This document shows, piece after piece, positions 41,652-52,118 of a stretch of 64,000 nucleotides of DNA. How positions within the stretch are numbered: position 1 is the stretch's first letter; every line of letters starts with the position of its first letter. The DNA is taken from contig OZ251539.1 of the NCBI GenBank assembly GCA_965243135.1, positions 1,856,001 to 1,920,000 on the forward strand, read 5' to 3'. The translations under genes were made by a program, and so were the position numbers. This stretch comes from Alphaproteobacteria bacterium. GTDB lineage: Bacteria > Pseudomonadota > Alphaproteobacteria > MPNO01 > UBA830. The notes beneath the pieces are model-generated. The model did no database searches. It was not told the DNA's origin and was given only the letters and a program-made list of their open reading frames with translations.

Positions 41652-43646
41652 CTACGCAGCGGGAGCGGGCCGCACCGCGCGGATCTCGACCGCGTCGCCC
41701 GGAGACGTTCCGAGCAGGTCGAATGTCTCCGCGCCCGCCGTCGCGGCGCCGCCGCTTCCGAGTCTGGCCCATCCGCGGAGCGGAGTTCCTCGTCCCGTCG
41801 ACAATTCGACCATGTCGCCTTCGCCGACGCCGAGGCGGTCGGCGGCCTCTTTCGGTATCGTGAACCGGCGGCGCGGCCCGTCCTCTTGGTTGGCCGCCTC
41901 GAACGCCAGAAAGGCCCGGCCGTCCGCCAGGCGCGCCCTCGCCTGTTCCGTCGCGCCGTCGTCGACCCGTCCGTCCGCCGCGACCACCCCGTAACGCTTT
42001 TCCGCCTGCGACCGGGTCAGGTACCCTTCCTTCACGTCGGCCATCACCCGGTCGGGGTCGCGCTTCAACGGATCTCCCCAGCCGCCGCCGCCTGCCGTCT
42101 CCTCGCGCACGACATCCCCCTTCCGCAGCGGAAACCCGGAGACCTTGCCGGGGACGTCCGAAGGCTTCACCGCGGCGCCGTCGCGGATCACGATGAACCG
42201 GTTCGCCGCGCCGTTCGCGCCGCCCGCGACGCCGTACGGAGGGATGACGTTCTTTTCGGACAAAACCGACAGCGCCGCCTGTTCGCCGAGAATCCGGATG
42301 TCCCGCCGCAGTCCGAAGCCGCCGCGAAACTCGCCGTCGCCGCAGCTGCCTTCCCGAATCTCGCAGCGGTCGACCCGCAAGGGAAACTGGCTTTCGACCG
42401 TTTCCACGGATTGTATCGAGTTGAAGTCGCCTTCGTTGTAGCTGCGGACCGCGTTCGATCCGTCGACGCCCTGCGACGCGCCGACGCCTCCCGCAGGCCA
42501 TTCGTAATGGATGAAATCGCCGCCGCGCGGGTTCGGTCCCGAGACGATCACGTGGTTCGCGCCGCCCTTGAGGTCGCCGACGGTCATCTCCGGAACGACC
42601 TGGCCCATGGCCGAGGCGACCACCGAATCGATCAGGAACTTGCATTCCGCCATGCCGCCGCAGGGCGCGTCGCCGCGCGCGTTGATGAAGCTTCCCTCTT
42701 CGGAGACGACGGCGATCGGCTCGAAGGAACCCTGGTTGATCGGCGTCTTCGGGTCGAGAAAGGACTTGACGATCGTGCCGACGGCGTTGAGCGCCATGGC
42801 CGGGCCGCAGTTGGTCGGTCCGTTGGTCTGGGCGGACGTTCCCGTGAAATCGGCGACGATTTCGTCTCGCCTGACCGTCAGCTTCAGTTTCACGACGAGG
42901 GGGTCGGGGTTCGTGCCGTCGCTCTCGATGTAACCCTCCGCATGGTAGTCGCCGTCGGGACACTCGGCGATTCGCGCGCGCAGCCTGCGCGCCGAACGCG
43001 CGATGAGTTCCTCGACGCCGCCGAGAAGGCGCTCGCCGAATCTCCGGTAAAGCCGCTGCAGATGCTCCTCCGCCTTGCGTCCGGTGCCGACCATCGCATT
43101 GAAGTCGCCCAACCGTTCCGAACGCCCGCGCATGTTGTCGAACAACAGGTCGAGAAACGGCTGGTTGAGCGTCCCGCGATCGCGGATCCGGGTCGGCGCG
43201 ATGCGAAGCCCCTCCTGGATGATTTCGCTGACCCTTCCGGAAAGGCTGCCCGGGGTCATGCCTCCCACGTCGTTCCAGTGGCAGCGCATGGCGGCGAACA
43301 TGCCGAGCCTTCCGTCGAAGAAAACCGGTTGGAGCATCAGAATGTCGTTGAGGTGGGTGCCGCCGGTATACGGGTCGTTGTGAAGGAACAGATCGCCTTC
43401 GTTTATGTCGCCGCGGAACGCGGCGACGACCTGTTGCGTCGAATAGGGGACGGCGAAGATGTGGATGGGATGATCCGCGAGGCCCTGCGCCACCTGGCGT
43501 CCGTCCGCCGTCATCAATGCGCAGGAAAAGTCGTGCCCTTCGTAGATGATCGGCGCGTACGACGAATGGATGATGTTCGCGCGCATCTCGTTCACGACGG
43601 CGATCAGCGATTCGCGCACGAGTTCCAACTCGACGACATTTCTCAT
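41652..43646 (-). CDS. Hydantoinase B / 5-oxoprolinase family protein
   Basis: NDPYTGGTHLND, HWNDVGG, GEFRGG, GGGGWGDP. Confidence 0.92.
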   Translation of the reverse strand: MRNVVELELVRESLIAVVNEMRANIIHSSYAPIIYEGHDFSCALMTADGRQVAQGLADHPIHIFAVPYSTQQVVAAFRGDINEGDLFLHNDPYTGGTHLNDILMLQPVFFDGRLGMFAAMRCHWNDVGGMTPGSLSGRVSEIIQEGLRIAPTRIRDRGTLNQPFLDLLFDNMRGRSERLGDFNAMVGTGRKAEEHLQRLYRRFGERLLGGVEELIARSARRLRARIAECPDGDYHAEGYIESDGTNPDPLVVKLKLTVRRDEIVADFTGTSAQTNGPTNCGPAMALNAVGTIVKSFLDPKTPINQGSFEPIAVVSEEGSFINARGDAPCGGMAECKFLIDSVVASAMGQVVPEMTVGDLKGGANHVIVSGPNPRGGDFIHYEWPAGGVGASQGVDGSNAVRSYNEGDFNSIQSVETVESQFPLRVDRCEIREGSCGDGEFRGGFGLRRDIRILGEQAALSVLSEKNVIPPYGVAGGANGAANRFIVIRDGAAVKPSDVPGKVSGFPLRKGDVVREETAGGGGWGDPLKRDPDRVMADVKEGYLTRSQAEKRYGVVAADGRVDDGATEQARARLADGRAFLAFEAANQEDGPRRRFTIPKEAADRLGVGEGDMVELSTGRGTPLRGWARLGSGGAATAGAETFDLLGTSPGDAVEIRAVRPAPAA

Positions 43647-44089
43647 CGCATTCTCCGGGGCCGACGCGTCGTTACGACACATGCCCGCATTCGGGCGCCA
43701 ATGCAATCGGCGAGTCCGCGCCGCGAAAGCTTCGAAAGCCGCGGACCGCGACGCCGCCGCCGGGGTCGTTCGCGTTCGGAGACCTGACCGCGACGCTGGA
43801 GCGGAAGTTCCAAACGTCACGGTCTCGGCGACGGTGCCTGGCCGCCCGCAAGCCCGGCGCCGAGGCGGCCGCTGGTCGCTCCGGAACGCGACCGCGGCGA
43901 TCGTCCGACCGTCCTTGCCCTCCCCTTCTGCAACCGGCTGCCCCGGTCCGCGGCGCCGCGGCAGCCGGACAGCGAATCCGCCCACGAACGAGCGGAGCGG
44001 AAGGCCGGGCGGACGGCAGCCGAAAAAAAGTTGCAAAACAAGAATTGCACATCTTGACATGTCGCAATATCTCTATTATCTAATTCGGC

Positions 44090-44710
44090 ATGATGGACGA
44101 TGCGCTCACCCTCGAAGAACTGAGCGACCGGAGCGGGGTCGAACCCCGGACCCTGCGCTCCTGGATCAGCGAAGGACTGCTCTCCCCGCCGTTCAGGCCA
44201 GGGCGCGGCGCGAAGTATCCGGCGTCCAACGCCGATCGCGCGCTGGCCGTGCGGGCTCTGAAGGACATTCACGGCCTGTCGCTGGCCGAGATTGGCCGCC
44301 GCTTCATGGCGGCGGGAGAAGAGCAGATCGGCGCCTGGGCGCTGGAAGCGGGAGTTACCGCCGTGCCGCCGGGGTCGGCCAGGGAGTATCTTCGCAAGGT
44401 TCGGGCCCGCAACGCGCCTTCCGCCGAGGCTGCGTTCGGTGCGCGCGACGAGCCGGGGATGCCGGCCGCGCCTCCCGAGGACCGCGGGGACGGCCTCGTC
44501 GGCGTCGAGCGCCTGATCCTGCGACTGGAAGAGGTTGCCGGCGCTTTCGCGCCGCGCCGATCGCGCGGCACTGCGTGGACCCGGATCGCCATCACCCAAG
44601 ACCTCGAGCTGTCGGTGCGGGGCTATCTCGAACCGCACGAACGGGTCCTGTTCGAACGACTGGCGGACCAGTTCCGCGCCATAATGAACGGAAGGATACG
44701 GAATGACTGA
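44090..44710 (+). CDS. MerR-type HTH protein
   Basis: LEELSDRSGVEPRTLRSWISEGLL; C-terminal WTRIAITQDLELSV; TTGACA at 44054 upstream. Confidence 0.82.
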   Translation: MMDDALTLEELSDRSGVEPRTLRSWISEGLLSPPFRPGRGAKYPASNADRALAVRALKDIHGLSLAEIGRRFMAAGEEQIGAWALEAGVTAVPPGSAREYLRKVRARNAPSAEAAFGARDEPGMPAAPPEDRGDGLVGVERLILRLEEVAGAFAPRRSRGTAWTRIAITQDLELSVRGYLEPHERVLFERLADQFRAIMNGRIRND

Positions 44711-46025
44711 AGTTAACGTCGCGCTCTCCGCCGACTTCGACCGCAAGCTCTTCTGGAAGGGCGGGCGATCGGTCCGTTATCTGGTCGCCCGCGTCGTAGC
44801 CCGTCGCGAAGACGACGGGCCGCGCAAGGAACGGTCGGCGCTCAACGTCGCGTTGGTCATCGACGCCAGCGGCTCGATGCGCGGCGACAAGCTCGAAGCG
44901 GCCAAGACGGCGGCCTTGGGCCTGGCCGAACGGCTCGCGCCGAGAGACCGCCTCACCGTCGTCTCCTTCGCCTCCGACGTCCAGGTTCACCTCGACGCGG
45001 TGCCGGTCACGACCGAGAACGCGATCCGGATCCGGGCCGAGATTTCCGGTCTGGAGACGCGGGGGATGACCTGCCTCTCGGGCGGCTGGTTCGCGGGCGT
45101 GGAATGCGCCGCGCGCGTCGCCGAGGAGGACGCCGGGCTGACCCCGCGCGTCATCGTCCTGAGCGACGGCCACGCGAACGAAGGCATCTGCGCTCCCGCC
45201 GAGCTTTGCGAGCACGCCGGAGAACTGCGCCAACGCGGCGTACTGACCTCGGCGCTGGGAATCGGCGACGGTTACGACGAACAGCTTCTGCGCGGCATCG
45301 CCGAAAACGGCGGCGGCCGCCTGCACGACGCCGAGACGGATACCGAGATCTCCTCCGTTCTTCTGGGCGAACTCGACGACATTCTCCTGACCGCGGTCGA
45401 GGACGCCGAGATCGCCGTGACGGCGCCCGCCTCAGCGCGGGTGGAGTTCGTCGGAACCGCGCGGACCGACGCCTCCCGCGACCGCCTCGCCGTCGCCCTG
45501 GGCCCGCTCCAGAACGAGGTCGAGCGGATCGCCGTGTTCAAGGTGACCTGCCCCGACGGGCGAGAGGGCGATACGCTGACCTTCGAGGTCGCGGCCGGCG
45601 GTCGGACGGCGGAGGGCGGCGCGGCGCTGAGCGCGACCGCAGGCCCGATCACGCTCACCGCGGCGCCCGGCATATCGAACAGCCCGCAGAGCCGCGACGC
45701 CGACCTGACGCACATCGTCGCCCGCATCTGGCACGCCCATATCGTCGCCACGGTCTCGCGGATGAACCGCGAAAGGCCTTACTCGAACGCCCTCCGTTTC
45801 GCGAAGCGCGAACTGAAGTATTTCGAACGTTATGTCGACGGCTTCGAGTTCGGTCACGAGATGATCCGCGAACTGCAGATGCTGGTCCACCATGCAAGGA
45901 AGCCGATGTCGTCCCGGATGCGCAAGGAGATCACGATTCAGACTGACCTTGAAGCGCAAGCCCGCGTCGACCGGCGCGGCCCGTCCAAGCCTCGCTGGAG
46001 CGAGCGGATGGCCCGCGGAGAGTAA
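44703..46025 (+). CDS. vWA-domain protein
   Basis: MIDAS motif DASGS...T...LSDG; overlaps the MerR gene end. Confidence 0.88.
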   Translation: MTEVNVALSADFDRKLFWKGGRSVRYLVARVVARREDDGPRKERSALNVALVIDASGSMRGDKLEAAKTAALGLAERLAPRDRLTVVSFASDVQVHLDAVPVTTENAIRIRAEISGLETRGMTCLSGGWFAGVECAARVAEEDAGLTPRVIVLSDGHANEGICAPAELCEHAGELRQRGVLTSALGIGDGYDEQLLRGIAENGGGRLHDAETDTEISSVLLGELDDILLTAVEDAEIAVTAPASARVEFVGTARTDASRDRLAVALGPLQNEVERIAVFKVTCPDGREGDTLTFEVAAGGRTAEGGAALSATAGPITLTAAPGISNSPQSRDADLTHIVARIWHAHIVATVSRMNRERPYSNALRFAKRELKYFERYVDGFEFGHEMIRELQMLVHHARKPMSSRMRKEITIQTDLEAQARVDRRGPSKPRWSERMARGE

Positions 46026-46129
46026 CCTGCCTGCAGCCGGAATCGCGAACGCCGGTCCATGCCCTTCGACGGGCCCGAGGCGTGACGAGGGAATCGCCCG
46101 TTTCTTCATCCTTCGCTTCGAGGCGCTCC

Positions 46130-46156
46130 GGCAGGGGCGAGGGGCTCGCCCCTGCC
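46130..46156. repeat. 12-bp GC stem-loop (REP-like)
   Basis: GGCAGGGGCGAG-GGG-CTCGCCCCTGCC perfect hairpin. Confidence 0.45.
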
Positions 46157-46404
46157 TCGAAGGACTCACGGCTACGGGCTTGAAAGGCAGCGCCGGCAAT
46201 TCCGGAGCCGTCGCCCCGACTCGACGCGCGAGGATCGCTTCTTCGGACTTCTCCAGTCCCTGCAGCCGTTCCGTCCGCCGCCCTTTGGAAGCGTTCCGAA
46301 ACCGGACAGGGTACGTGGACCGGTCATGCCGTCCGTCGATGACGGGTTGGTTTCGCTTCGTTCGACCTTTACATTCCGGTCGAGCATCACATCGCGAGCG
46401 CGTC

Positions 46405-48024
46405 ATGCGAACATCCTCGTCGCACGTGGACACCTTCGTACTCGACAACATGACCGGCCCCGAACTGTGGCCGGAAATGGATTATTCCGTTCTGCCGGAA
46501 CTCGCCGCCTACCCCGCCCGCTTCAACGCGGCCTCCGAACTGATCGACGGACAGGCGGACGACAGGCCGGCGATCCTGTTCGGCGACGAAACGTGGACAT
46601 ATGCCAGCCTGGCGGATCGCGCCAATCGAATCGCCGAGGTTCTCGTCGAGGACTGCGGACTCGTTCCGGGCGAACGCGTCCTGTTGCGCTCGGGCAACCA
46701 TCCGATGCTGGTCGCCTCGTGGCTCGGAACCCTCAAGGCCGGCGGCATAGCCGTCGCCACGATGCCCGTGCTCCGGGAACGGGAACTCGTCTACATGATC
46801 GGCAAGGCCAAAATCCGCGTCGCCATTTCCAGCGCCGATCTCGCGGACGAACTGGAGAAAGCCTCGAAGTCCGGCCTCGACCGCATCCTCCGGTTCGGAA
46901 ACGGACTGGAAGCCGCCATGGGAAACAAGACCGGCCGCTTCGACGCCGTCGATACGGCGGCCGACGACCCGGCGATCATCGGGTTCACTTCGGGGTCGAC
47001 CGGAACGCCGAAAGCGACGGTCCATTTTCACAGGGACATTCTCGCCGCCGCCGATTGCTTCGCCGGCCGCGTAGTGAAAATACGTCCGGGCGACATCGTG
47101 TGCGGCAGCCCGCAAATCGCCTTTCTTTACGGTCTCTGCGCCTTCATCCCCGACGCCTTTCGGTTCGGCGCGACCGCGGCGCTGCTCGAACGCGGAACGC
47201 CGAACGCCGTCCTGCAGGCCATCGAGAAACACAGGGCGACGATCTGCTTCTCGACGCCCTCCGGTTACAGGATGATGCTCGACGCCGCGCGCGACCGCGA
47301 TCTGTCGTCCTTGCGGGAATGCGTCGCCGGCGGCGAGCCCCTGCCCCCGGCGACCTTTCACGAGTGGAAGGAAATCACGGGCGTCGAACTCATCAACGGG
47401 CTCGGAATTTCCGAACTGCTGCACATCTTCATTTCGGCGAGCGGCGGCGACATCAGGCCGGGCGCCGTCGGCAAGGCCGTCCCCGGATTCCAGGTCCGAA
47501 TCGTGGACGAGAACATGAACGATGCGCCGCCCGGCGCGGTCGGCCAGATGATCGCGAAGGGTCCGAACGGCTGCCGTTACCTCGGCGATCCGGACCGTCA
47601 GGCGTCGTACGTCCGCGACGGTTGGAACATGTCCGGCGACCTTTGCCGCATGGACGCCGACGGCTACGTTCATTACGAGGCGCGCACCGATGACATGATT
47701 CTCACGGGCGGATACAATGTTTCCGGACTGGAAGTGGAAGCGGTGCTGCTCGAACATCCCAAGGTTCGCGAGGCCGCGGTCGTCGGCTCGCCCGACGCCG
47801 AACGCGGCGAAATCGTCAAGGCGTTCGTCGTGCCTTCCGAGGCGCCGGCGGCCTGCGACGAAACGGTTTCGGAACTGCAGGACTTCGTTAAATCCCAGAT
47901 ATCCGCCTTCAAGTATCCGCGCGCGGTCGAGTTCGTCGACGAATTGCCGCTGACCGCGACGGGCAAGATCCGGCGCGGCGCCCTCCGTCAGCTCGAACGG
48001 GACCGGGCCGCCGACGATTCCTGA
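46405..48024 (+). CDS. Aromatic acid-CoA ligase (2-aminobenzoate-CoA ligase-like)
   Basis: N-terminal SHVDTF...WP, FTSGSTGTPK, GISELLHIFIS, TATGKI. Confidence 0.88.
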   Translation: MRTSSSHVDTFVLDNMTGPELWPEMDYSVLPELAAYPARFNAASELIDGQADDRPAILFGDETWTYASLADRANRIAEVLVEDCGLVPGERVLLRSGNHPMLVASWLGTLKAGGIAVATMPVLRERELVYMIGKAKIRVAISSADLADELEKASKSGLDRILRFGNGLEAAMGNKTGRFDAVDTAADDPAIIGFTSGSTGTPKATVHFHRDILAAADCFAGRVVKIRPGDIVCGSPQIAFLYGLCAFIPDAFRFGATAALLERGTPNAVLQAIEKHRATICFSTPSGYRMMLDAARDRDLSSLRECVAGGEPLPPATFHEWKEITGVELINGLGISELLHIFISASGGDIRPGAVGKAVPGFQVRIVDENMNDAPPGAVGQMIAKGPNGCRYLGDPDRQASYVRDGWNMSGDLCRMDADGYVHYEARTDDMILTGGYNVSGLEVEAVLLEHPKVREAAVVGSPDAERGEIVKAFVVPSEAPAACDETVSELQDFVKSQISAFKYPRAVEFVDELPLTATGKIRRGALRQLERDRAADDS

Positions 48025-48043
48025 TCACCACGGAGAAACGCAC

Positions 48044-48640
48044 ATGTCGGAACTCAACGTCCGCGACAAGAACACCCTCGATTTCCTGTTGTCGCGCCGA
48101 TCCATTCTCGCCCGCATGATGGAAGGCCCGGGCCCGGACGACGCGGATCTGCGCCGGATTCTCCGGACCGGCCTGCGGGTTCCCGACCACGGCCGGCTTG
48201 CGCCGTGGCGGTTCATCGTCATACGGGGCGAAGCGCGGGAAAAACTCGGCGGCGTGCTCGCGGAAACTTTCGAAAGGAAGAACCCCGACGCGATCGACGA
48301 ACAGATCGAAATCGAACGCGAACGCCTGACTCGCGCTCCGGTCGTCGTCGCCGTGGTGTCGAAGGTCGTCAAGGAGCACAAGATTCCCGAGTGGGAGCAG
48401 ATCCTTTCGTCCGGGGCGGCGTGCCAGACCATGTTGATCGCGGCGCTCTCGATGGGATACGCCGCGCAATGGATCACCGAATGGTACGCCTACGATCCGG
48501 ACGTGAAGGCGGCGCTCGGCGTCGGCGCCGAAGACCGGATCGCCGGTTTCCTCTATCTCGGGAACGAAGCGGCCGAACCGACCGAACGGATGCGCCCGGA
48601 ATACGACGACATCGTTTCGGAGTGGACGCCGCCGAACTGA
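48044..48640 (+). CDS. Nitroreductase (YdjA-like)
   Basis: RRS, VPDHGRLAPWRF, WEQILSSGA. Confidence 0.92.
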   Translation: MSELNVRDKNTLDFLLSRRSILARMMEGPGPDDADLRRILRTGLRVPDHGRLAPWRFIVIRGEAREKLGGVLAETFERKNPDAIDEQIEIERERLTRAPVVVAVVSKVVKEHKIPEWEQILSSGAACQTMLIAALSMGYAAQWITEWYAYDPDVKAALGVGAEDRIAGFLYLGNEAAEPTERMRPEYDDIVSEWTPPN

Positions 48641-48650
48641 ACGCGCCGGT

Positions 48651-49634
48651 TCAGACGGTCAATACGACCTTGCCGCGAACCCGCCGCTCGCTCAGCACCG
48701 CGCAAGCCTTCGCCACCTCTTCCATGGGGTAGGACGCCTGCACCGGCATGCGCAACTTGCGCGCCGCCAGCATGCCGAAAAGTTCGGCTTGCACCCGGCG
48801 CACCCGCGCCGGATCTCGATCTCGGTAGGCCGCCCAGTTGACGCCGGTAACCGCGATATTCTTCAGAAGCAGATAGTTCGCGCGAAGCGACGGAATGGTG
48901 CCGCCGGCGAAGCCGACCACCACGAGGCGGCCGCCGAAATCGACGGCCCGGATGGCGCCGTCGAACGTTTCGCCGCCGATCATTTCCACGACGACGTCGA
49001 CGCCGCCTCCGACGACCTGCTTCACCTGGCCGCGAATCGATTCCCTGGGATCGCCGAGCGAGAGGTCGATCACGTGATCGGCGCCGTTGGCGCGCACGAG
49101 ATCTTCCTTGGACATCGTCGTAAGGCCGGCGATCGTTTCGCAACCGAGCGCCTTCGCGACCTGAAGCGCCGCCAGGCCGACGCTGCCAGACGCCCCGGTG
49201 ACCAGCACGCGGTCCCCTTCGGCGGCGGCGGCGCGCTCGACCAAAGCGAAATGCGCCGTCTGGCCGGCGATGCCGATCGCCGCCGCTTCCTCGAAGCCTA
49301 TAGCCGCAGGCACCGGGTACGCTTGGGATGCCGGGACGAGGATTTCCTCCGCGTAGGCCCCCCACTCCACCTGAACCATCACGCGGTCGCCCGGCGCGAA
49401 CTCGGTCACGCCCTCGCCGATTTCCGCGACGAGCCCGGCCGCCTCCTTGCCGGGCGTGAAAGGCAGCGGCGGCCGAACCTGGTACTTGCCTTCCAGCGTC
49501 AGAAGATCCGGAAAGTTGACGGCGGCGGCGCGCGTCCGCACAACAATCTCTCCCGGCCCCGGCGATGGAGACGGCAAACTCTCGACGACCAAGCGTTCCG
49601 GCGGGCCAAGTTCCCTTGCGACGACTGCGCGCAT
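48651..49634 (-). CDS. NADPH:quinone oxidoreductase family protein
   Basis: NFPD, PFTPGKE, GASGSVG, GFAGG. Confidence 0.92.
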   Translation of the reverse strand: MRAVVARELGPPERLVVESLPSPSPGPGEIVVRTRAAAVNFPDLLTLEGKYQVRPPLPFTPGKEAAGLVAEIGEGVTEFAPGDRVMVQVEWGAYAEEILVPASQAYPVPAAIGFEEAAAIGIAGQTAHFALVERAAAAEGDRVLVTGASGSVGLAALQVAKALGCETIAGLTTMSKEDLVRANGADHVIDLSLGDPRESIRGQVKQVVGGGVDVVVEMIGGETFDGAIRAVDFGGRLVVVGFAGGTIPSLRANYLLLKNIAVTGVNWAAYRDRDPARVRRVQAELFGMLAARKLRMPVQASYPMEEVAKACAVLSERRVRGKVVLTV

Positions 49635-49739
49635 TTCATCCTTCCTCCTGTCCGAGGCGACAAGGTAGCGGCGCGGCCGGGAATCTCAACCGGCACCGTT
49701 TTCAGGGCGCTGAAGATTGCCGATCGGCGTGTTAATAAA

Positions 49740-49769
49740 GAGCTTTTCTCGGAGAAAAGATCCGTCGTG
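49740..49769 (+). repeat. ~30-bp element with internal palindrome; inverted copy at 62940-62970
   Basis: GAGCTTTTCTCGGAGAAAAGATCCGTCGTG vs reverse complement of 62940-62970 GAGCTTTTACTCGGAGAAAAGATCCGCCGTG. Confidence 0.7.
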
Positions 49770-49889
49770 GTCATGTGGCCGGTCTCCAGCCGCGGCCGGG
49801 CGGCCCGTCAAGCCGCGCGACGAACCGGCGGAATCGGCTGCCGTCGCGGGCGGCGTTCTTTCGCGGAGGCGGCCGTGACGGGAAGCCGT

Positions 49890-51419
49890 TCAGGCGGGCT
49901 CGCAATCGAAGCCGACGACGTTGCGCTCCTCGCGGCTGAACTCCACCCCGATCAGGTGGACCGAACGTCCGAGACGACGGTACTTGTCCGCATAGCCCTT
50001 CTCCCGCAACTGCGCGAGCGCGGTCCCCTCCCGCCCGCGCTCCACCACCTTGAACTCGAACAGGTAGACGCCGCCGCCGGCGCGGATCGCCATGTCGGCG
50101 CGCCCCCGGCTGCCGCTGTCCTCGGCCACCGGCTCGAAGCCCTCCATCAGGAAGCAGCTGTGGATGACGCTCGCGTAGTGGGCCTCGTACACCGGGCTGT
50201 TCATGTACCACTGGTGCGGGATGGCGGCGAAGACGCCGCGGAACAGGGTCCCGATGCGTTCGAAGTCGTTCGCCTCCAGCAGTTCGCCCAGCCGCAGGCG
50301 CCCCGTCTTTTTGCGGGCCTCGACCGGGAGCAGTTCTTCCAGCAAGGCCTCGCCCAGGCTCTGGCGCACCTCGAGGTTCGGGTAGTCCAGCCTGTAGCGC
50401 CCGTCCTCCTCGCCGACGATGGTGAGGTAGCCGGTCTGGAACAGAAGCGCCTCGACCGAGATATTGTCCACGTCGAAGGTCGAGAGCAGGCTCTCGCTGC
50501 CGATCATGCCGTCCAGGTCGGGAGTGGGCAGGTCGCGGCGCGCCAGCGTCTCGACCAGGAAGGTCGGCGTGCCGCTATGGAACCAGTAGTTGCCGAACTT
50601 GCGTTTGTCAAACAGCAGCAGGAGGCCGAACGGGTTGTAGACCCTCTCCGGTCCGAGCCAGTTGTAGCCGTTGTACCAGCGGCGGACCTCGTCCCGGTCC
50701 AGGCCCTCGAGTTCCGGGGCGAAGACCGCGTCCAGTTCCGCGTCCGTGCAACCGCAGATGGCGCCGTAGCGCTCGTCCAGCGTGATGTCGTTCAGGTTGT
50801 TCAGGCCCGAGAACAGGCCCGCCTTCGAGAATTTGCTCACTCCCGTCAGGAAAACGAAACGGAGATGCCTGTCGCAGGCCTTGATCACCCCGTACAGGCT
50901 GCGCAGGAAGTCGCGGTTGGCCCGCGCCAGTTCCCGGTCGCCGAGCGCGTCCAGGATCGGCTTGTCGTATTCGTCCACCAGAACCACCGCCCGCTGCCCG
51001 GTGCGTTCGTGCAGGTCCGCGATCAGTTCCCGGAAGCGGACCGAAACTCTGGCGCCGCCCGGCTCGATGCCGGCCCGCCTCTCCGCCGCCTTCAGTTGCG
51101 ATTCCGTTTCTTCCCGAACTCCGTCCGGGTCGCCGAAATCGCCCCCGCCGAAATCCAGCCGCACGACAGGATAACGTATCGACCAGTCCCACCTGCCGTG
51201 CACGGCGAGGCCCCGGAACAGCTCCTCGCTTCCCTCGAACAACTCCTGCAGCGTGTCCACCAGCAGGCTCTTGCCGAACCGGCGCGGACGCGACAGGAAA
51301 TAGTACTTGCCCCTTTCGACGAGGCGGCGCACATGGTCCGTCTTGTCGACGTAGTAGCAGTCCATCCCCCGGATCTCCCGGAGGGAGGAAAAGCCGATCG
51401 GAAGCATGCGTTGCGTCAT
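49890..51419 (-). CDS. AAA-ATPase + PD-(D/E)XK nuclease, copy B1
   Basis: Intact 509 aa; promoter TTGACG-N17-TACCCT-N6-ATG at 51426-51454. Confidence 0.92.
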   Translation of the reverse strand: MTQRMLPIGFSSLREIRGMDCYYVDKTDHVRRLVERGKYYFLSRPRRFGKSLLVDTLQELFEGSEELFRGLAVHGRWDWSIRYPVVRLDFGGGDFGDPDGVREETESQLKAAERRAGIEPGGARVSVRFRELIADLHERTGQRAVVLVDEYDKPILDALGDRELARANRDFLRSLYGVIKACDRHLRFVFLTGVSKFSKAGLFSGLNNLNDITLDERYGAICGCTDAELDAVFAPELEGLDRDEVRRWYNGYNWLGPERVYNPFGLLLLFDKRKFGNYWFHSGTPTFLVETLARRDLPTPDLDGMIGSESLLSTFDVDNISVEALLFQTGYLTIVGEEDGRYRLDYPNLEVRQSLGEALLEELLPVEARKKTGRLRLGELLEANDFERIGTLFRGVFAAIPHQWYMNSPVYEAHYASVIHSCFLMEGFEPVAEDSGSRGRADMAIRAGGGVYLFEFKVVERGREGTALAQLREKGYADKYRRLGRSVHLIGVEFSREERNVVGFDCEPA

Positions 51420-51534
51420 TCGAAGAGGGTAGGCCGCCGCGCCGGAGCCGTCAAGAAGTCGGCGGCGGCAGGCCTGTCTGCGTCCCCTGGCGCGGCAAGC
51501 AGCCGGCAGTTTCCGCGGCGGCCCGGGCGGTACG

Positions 51535-51722
51535 GCGGGTTTTCCGGCGGCGGCCTGAAACGGAGGACGACCAACAAGGAGAGCGCCGCCGCGCCCAGAC
51601 AAGAAGTCCGCCGCGACGCCCGGAAGCGACACGACCGGAAGCTGTCGCCGCGCCCGAAACGGCGAGGTCGACCGCCAGTCCGCGCCTGCGAACGAAGTAG
51701 CGGGAAACCGCGGCCGTGACCA
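51535..51722 (-). pseudogene. Decayed fragment of the MFS gene at 63182-64000
   Basis: Aligns by eye to ~63815-64000 with several short deletions. Confidence 0.8.
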
Positions 51723-51938
51723 GCGGGCGGTCGGCGGGGGGTAGGCGTCGAGGCGCGCCGGCTTCACCCACCTGCTGCCCTTCCGTTCACGCGGCCTCCC
51801 CATTTCCGGCAGACGTAAACTCGTCGACGTCGAGTTCCTCCCGAAGCTCCCGGGGCCCGGCGTCCCTCCGCCGCCGGCCGCCGGGGAATTCCCCCGCTCC
51901 GCCCTCCGGCCGCCGCGACGGCGAAAACGACCGGCTCT
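51716..51938 (-). pseudogene. mutT: mutT (Nudix 8-oxo-dGTPase) relic
   Basis: Fragments EFPGG, RELREELD, YVCRKWGGRVNGREG, WVKPARLDAYP, PADRPLV across frames. Confidence 0.75.
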
Positions 51939-52118
51939 CCCGCCCTGCGGCGCGGAACCCGGAGACGCGCCCGGCCCGCGAAACCTGCAGGGAGACGCCG
52001 CCGGCCCCGAGGCGGCCTCCTCGGCCGGGCGGCCCGTCAAGCCGCGCGACGAACCGGCGGAACCGGCTGCCGTCGCGCGCGGCGTTCTGTCGCGGAGGCG
52101 GCCGTGACGGGAAGCCGT

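Noticed and set aside
39469-42963. 1164-aa hydantoinase, 782-aa SufS and 716/763-aa AAA ORFs as fusion proteins
   Set aside because: The N-terminal extensions are read-through of stop-poor frames overlapping other genes or relics; conserved starts lie internally.
44054-44084. Canonical MerR 19-bp-spacer promoter
   Set aside because: The -10 candidate at 19 bp (TCTAAT) lacks the conserved A and no long dyad lies in the spacer; not supportable.
48789-51719. 976-aa plus-strand ORF and similar long antisense ORFs (for example 14638-16800, 20109-22214, 25495-27114)
   Set aside because: Shadow frames of real genes on the opposite strand in GC-rich DNA; Arg/Ala/Pro-rich with no motifs.
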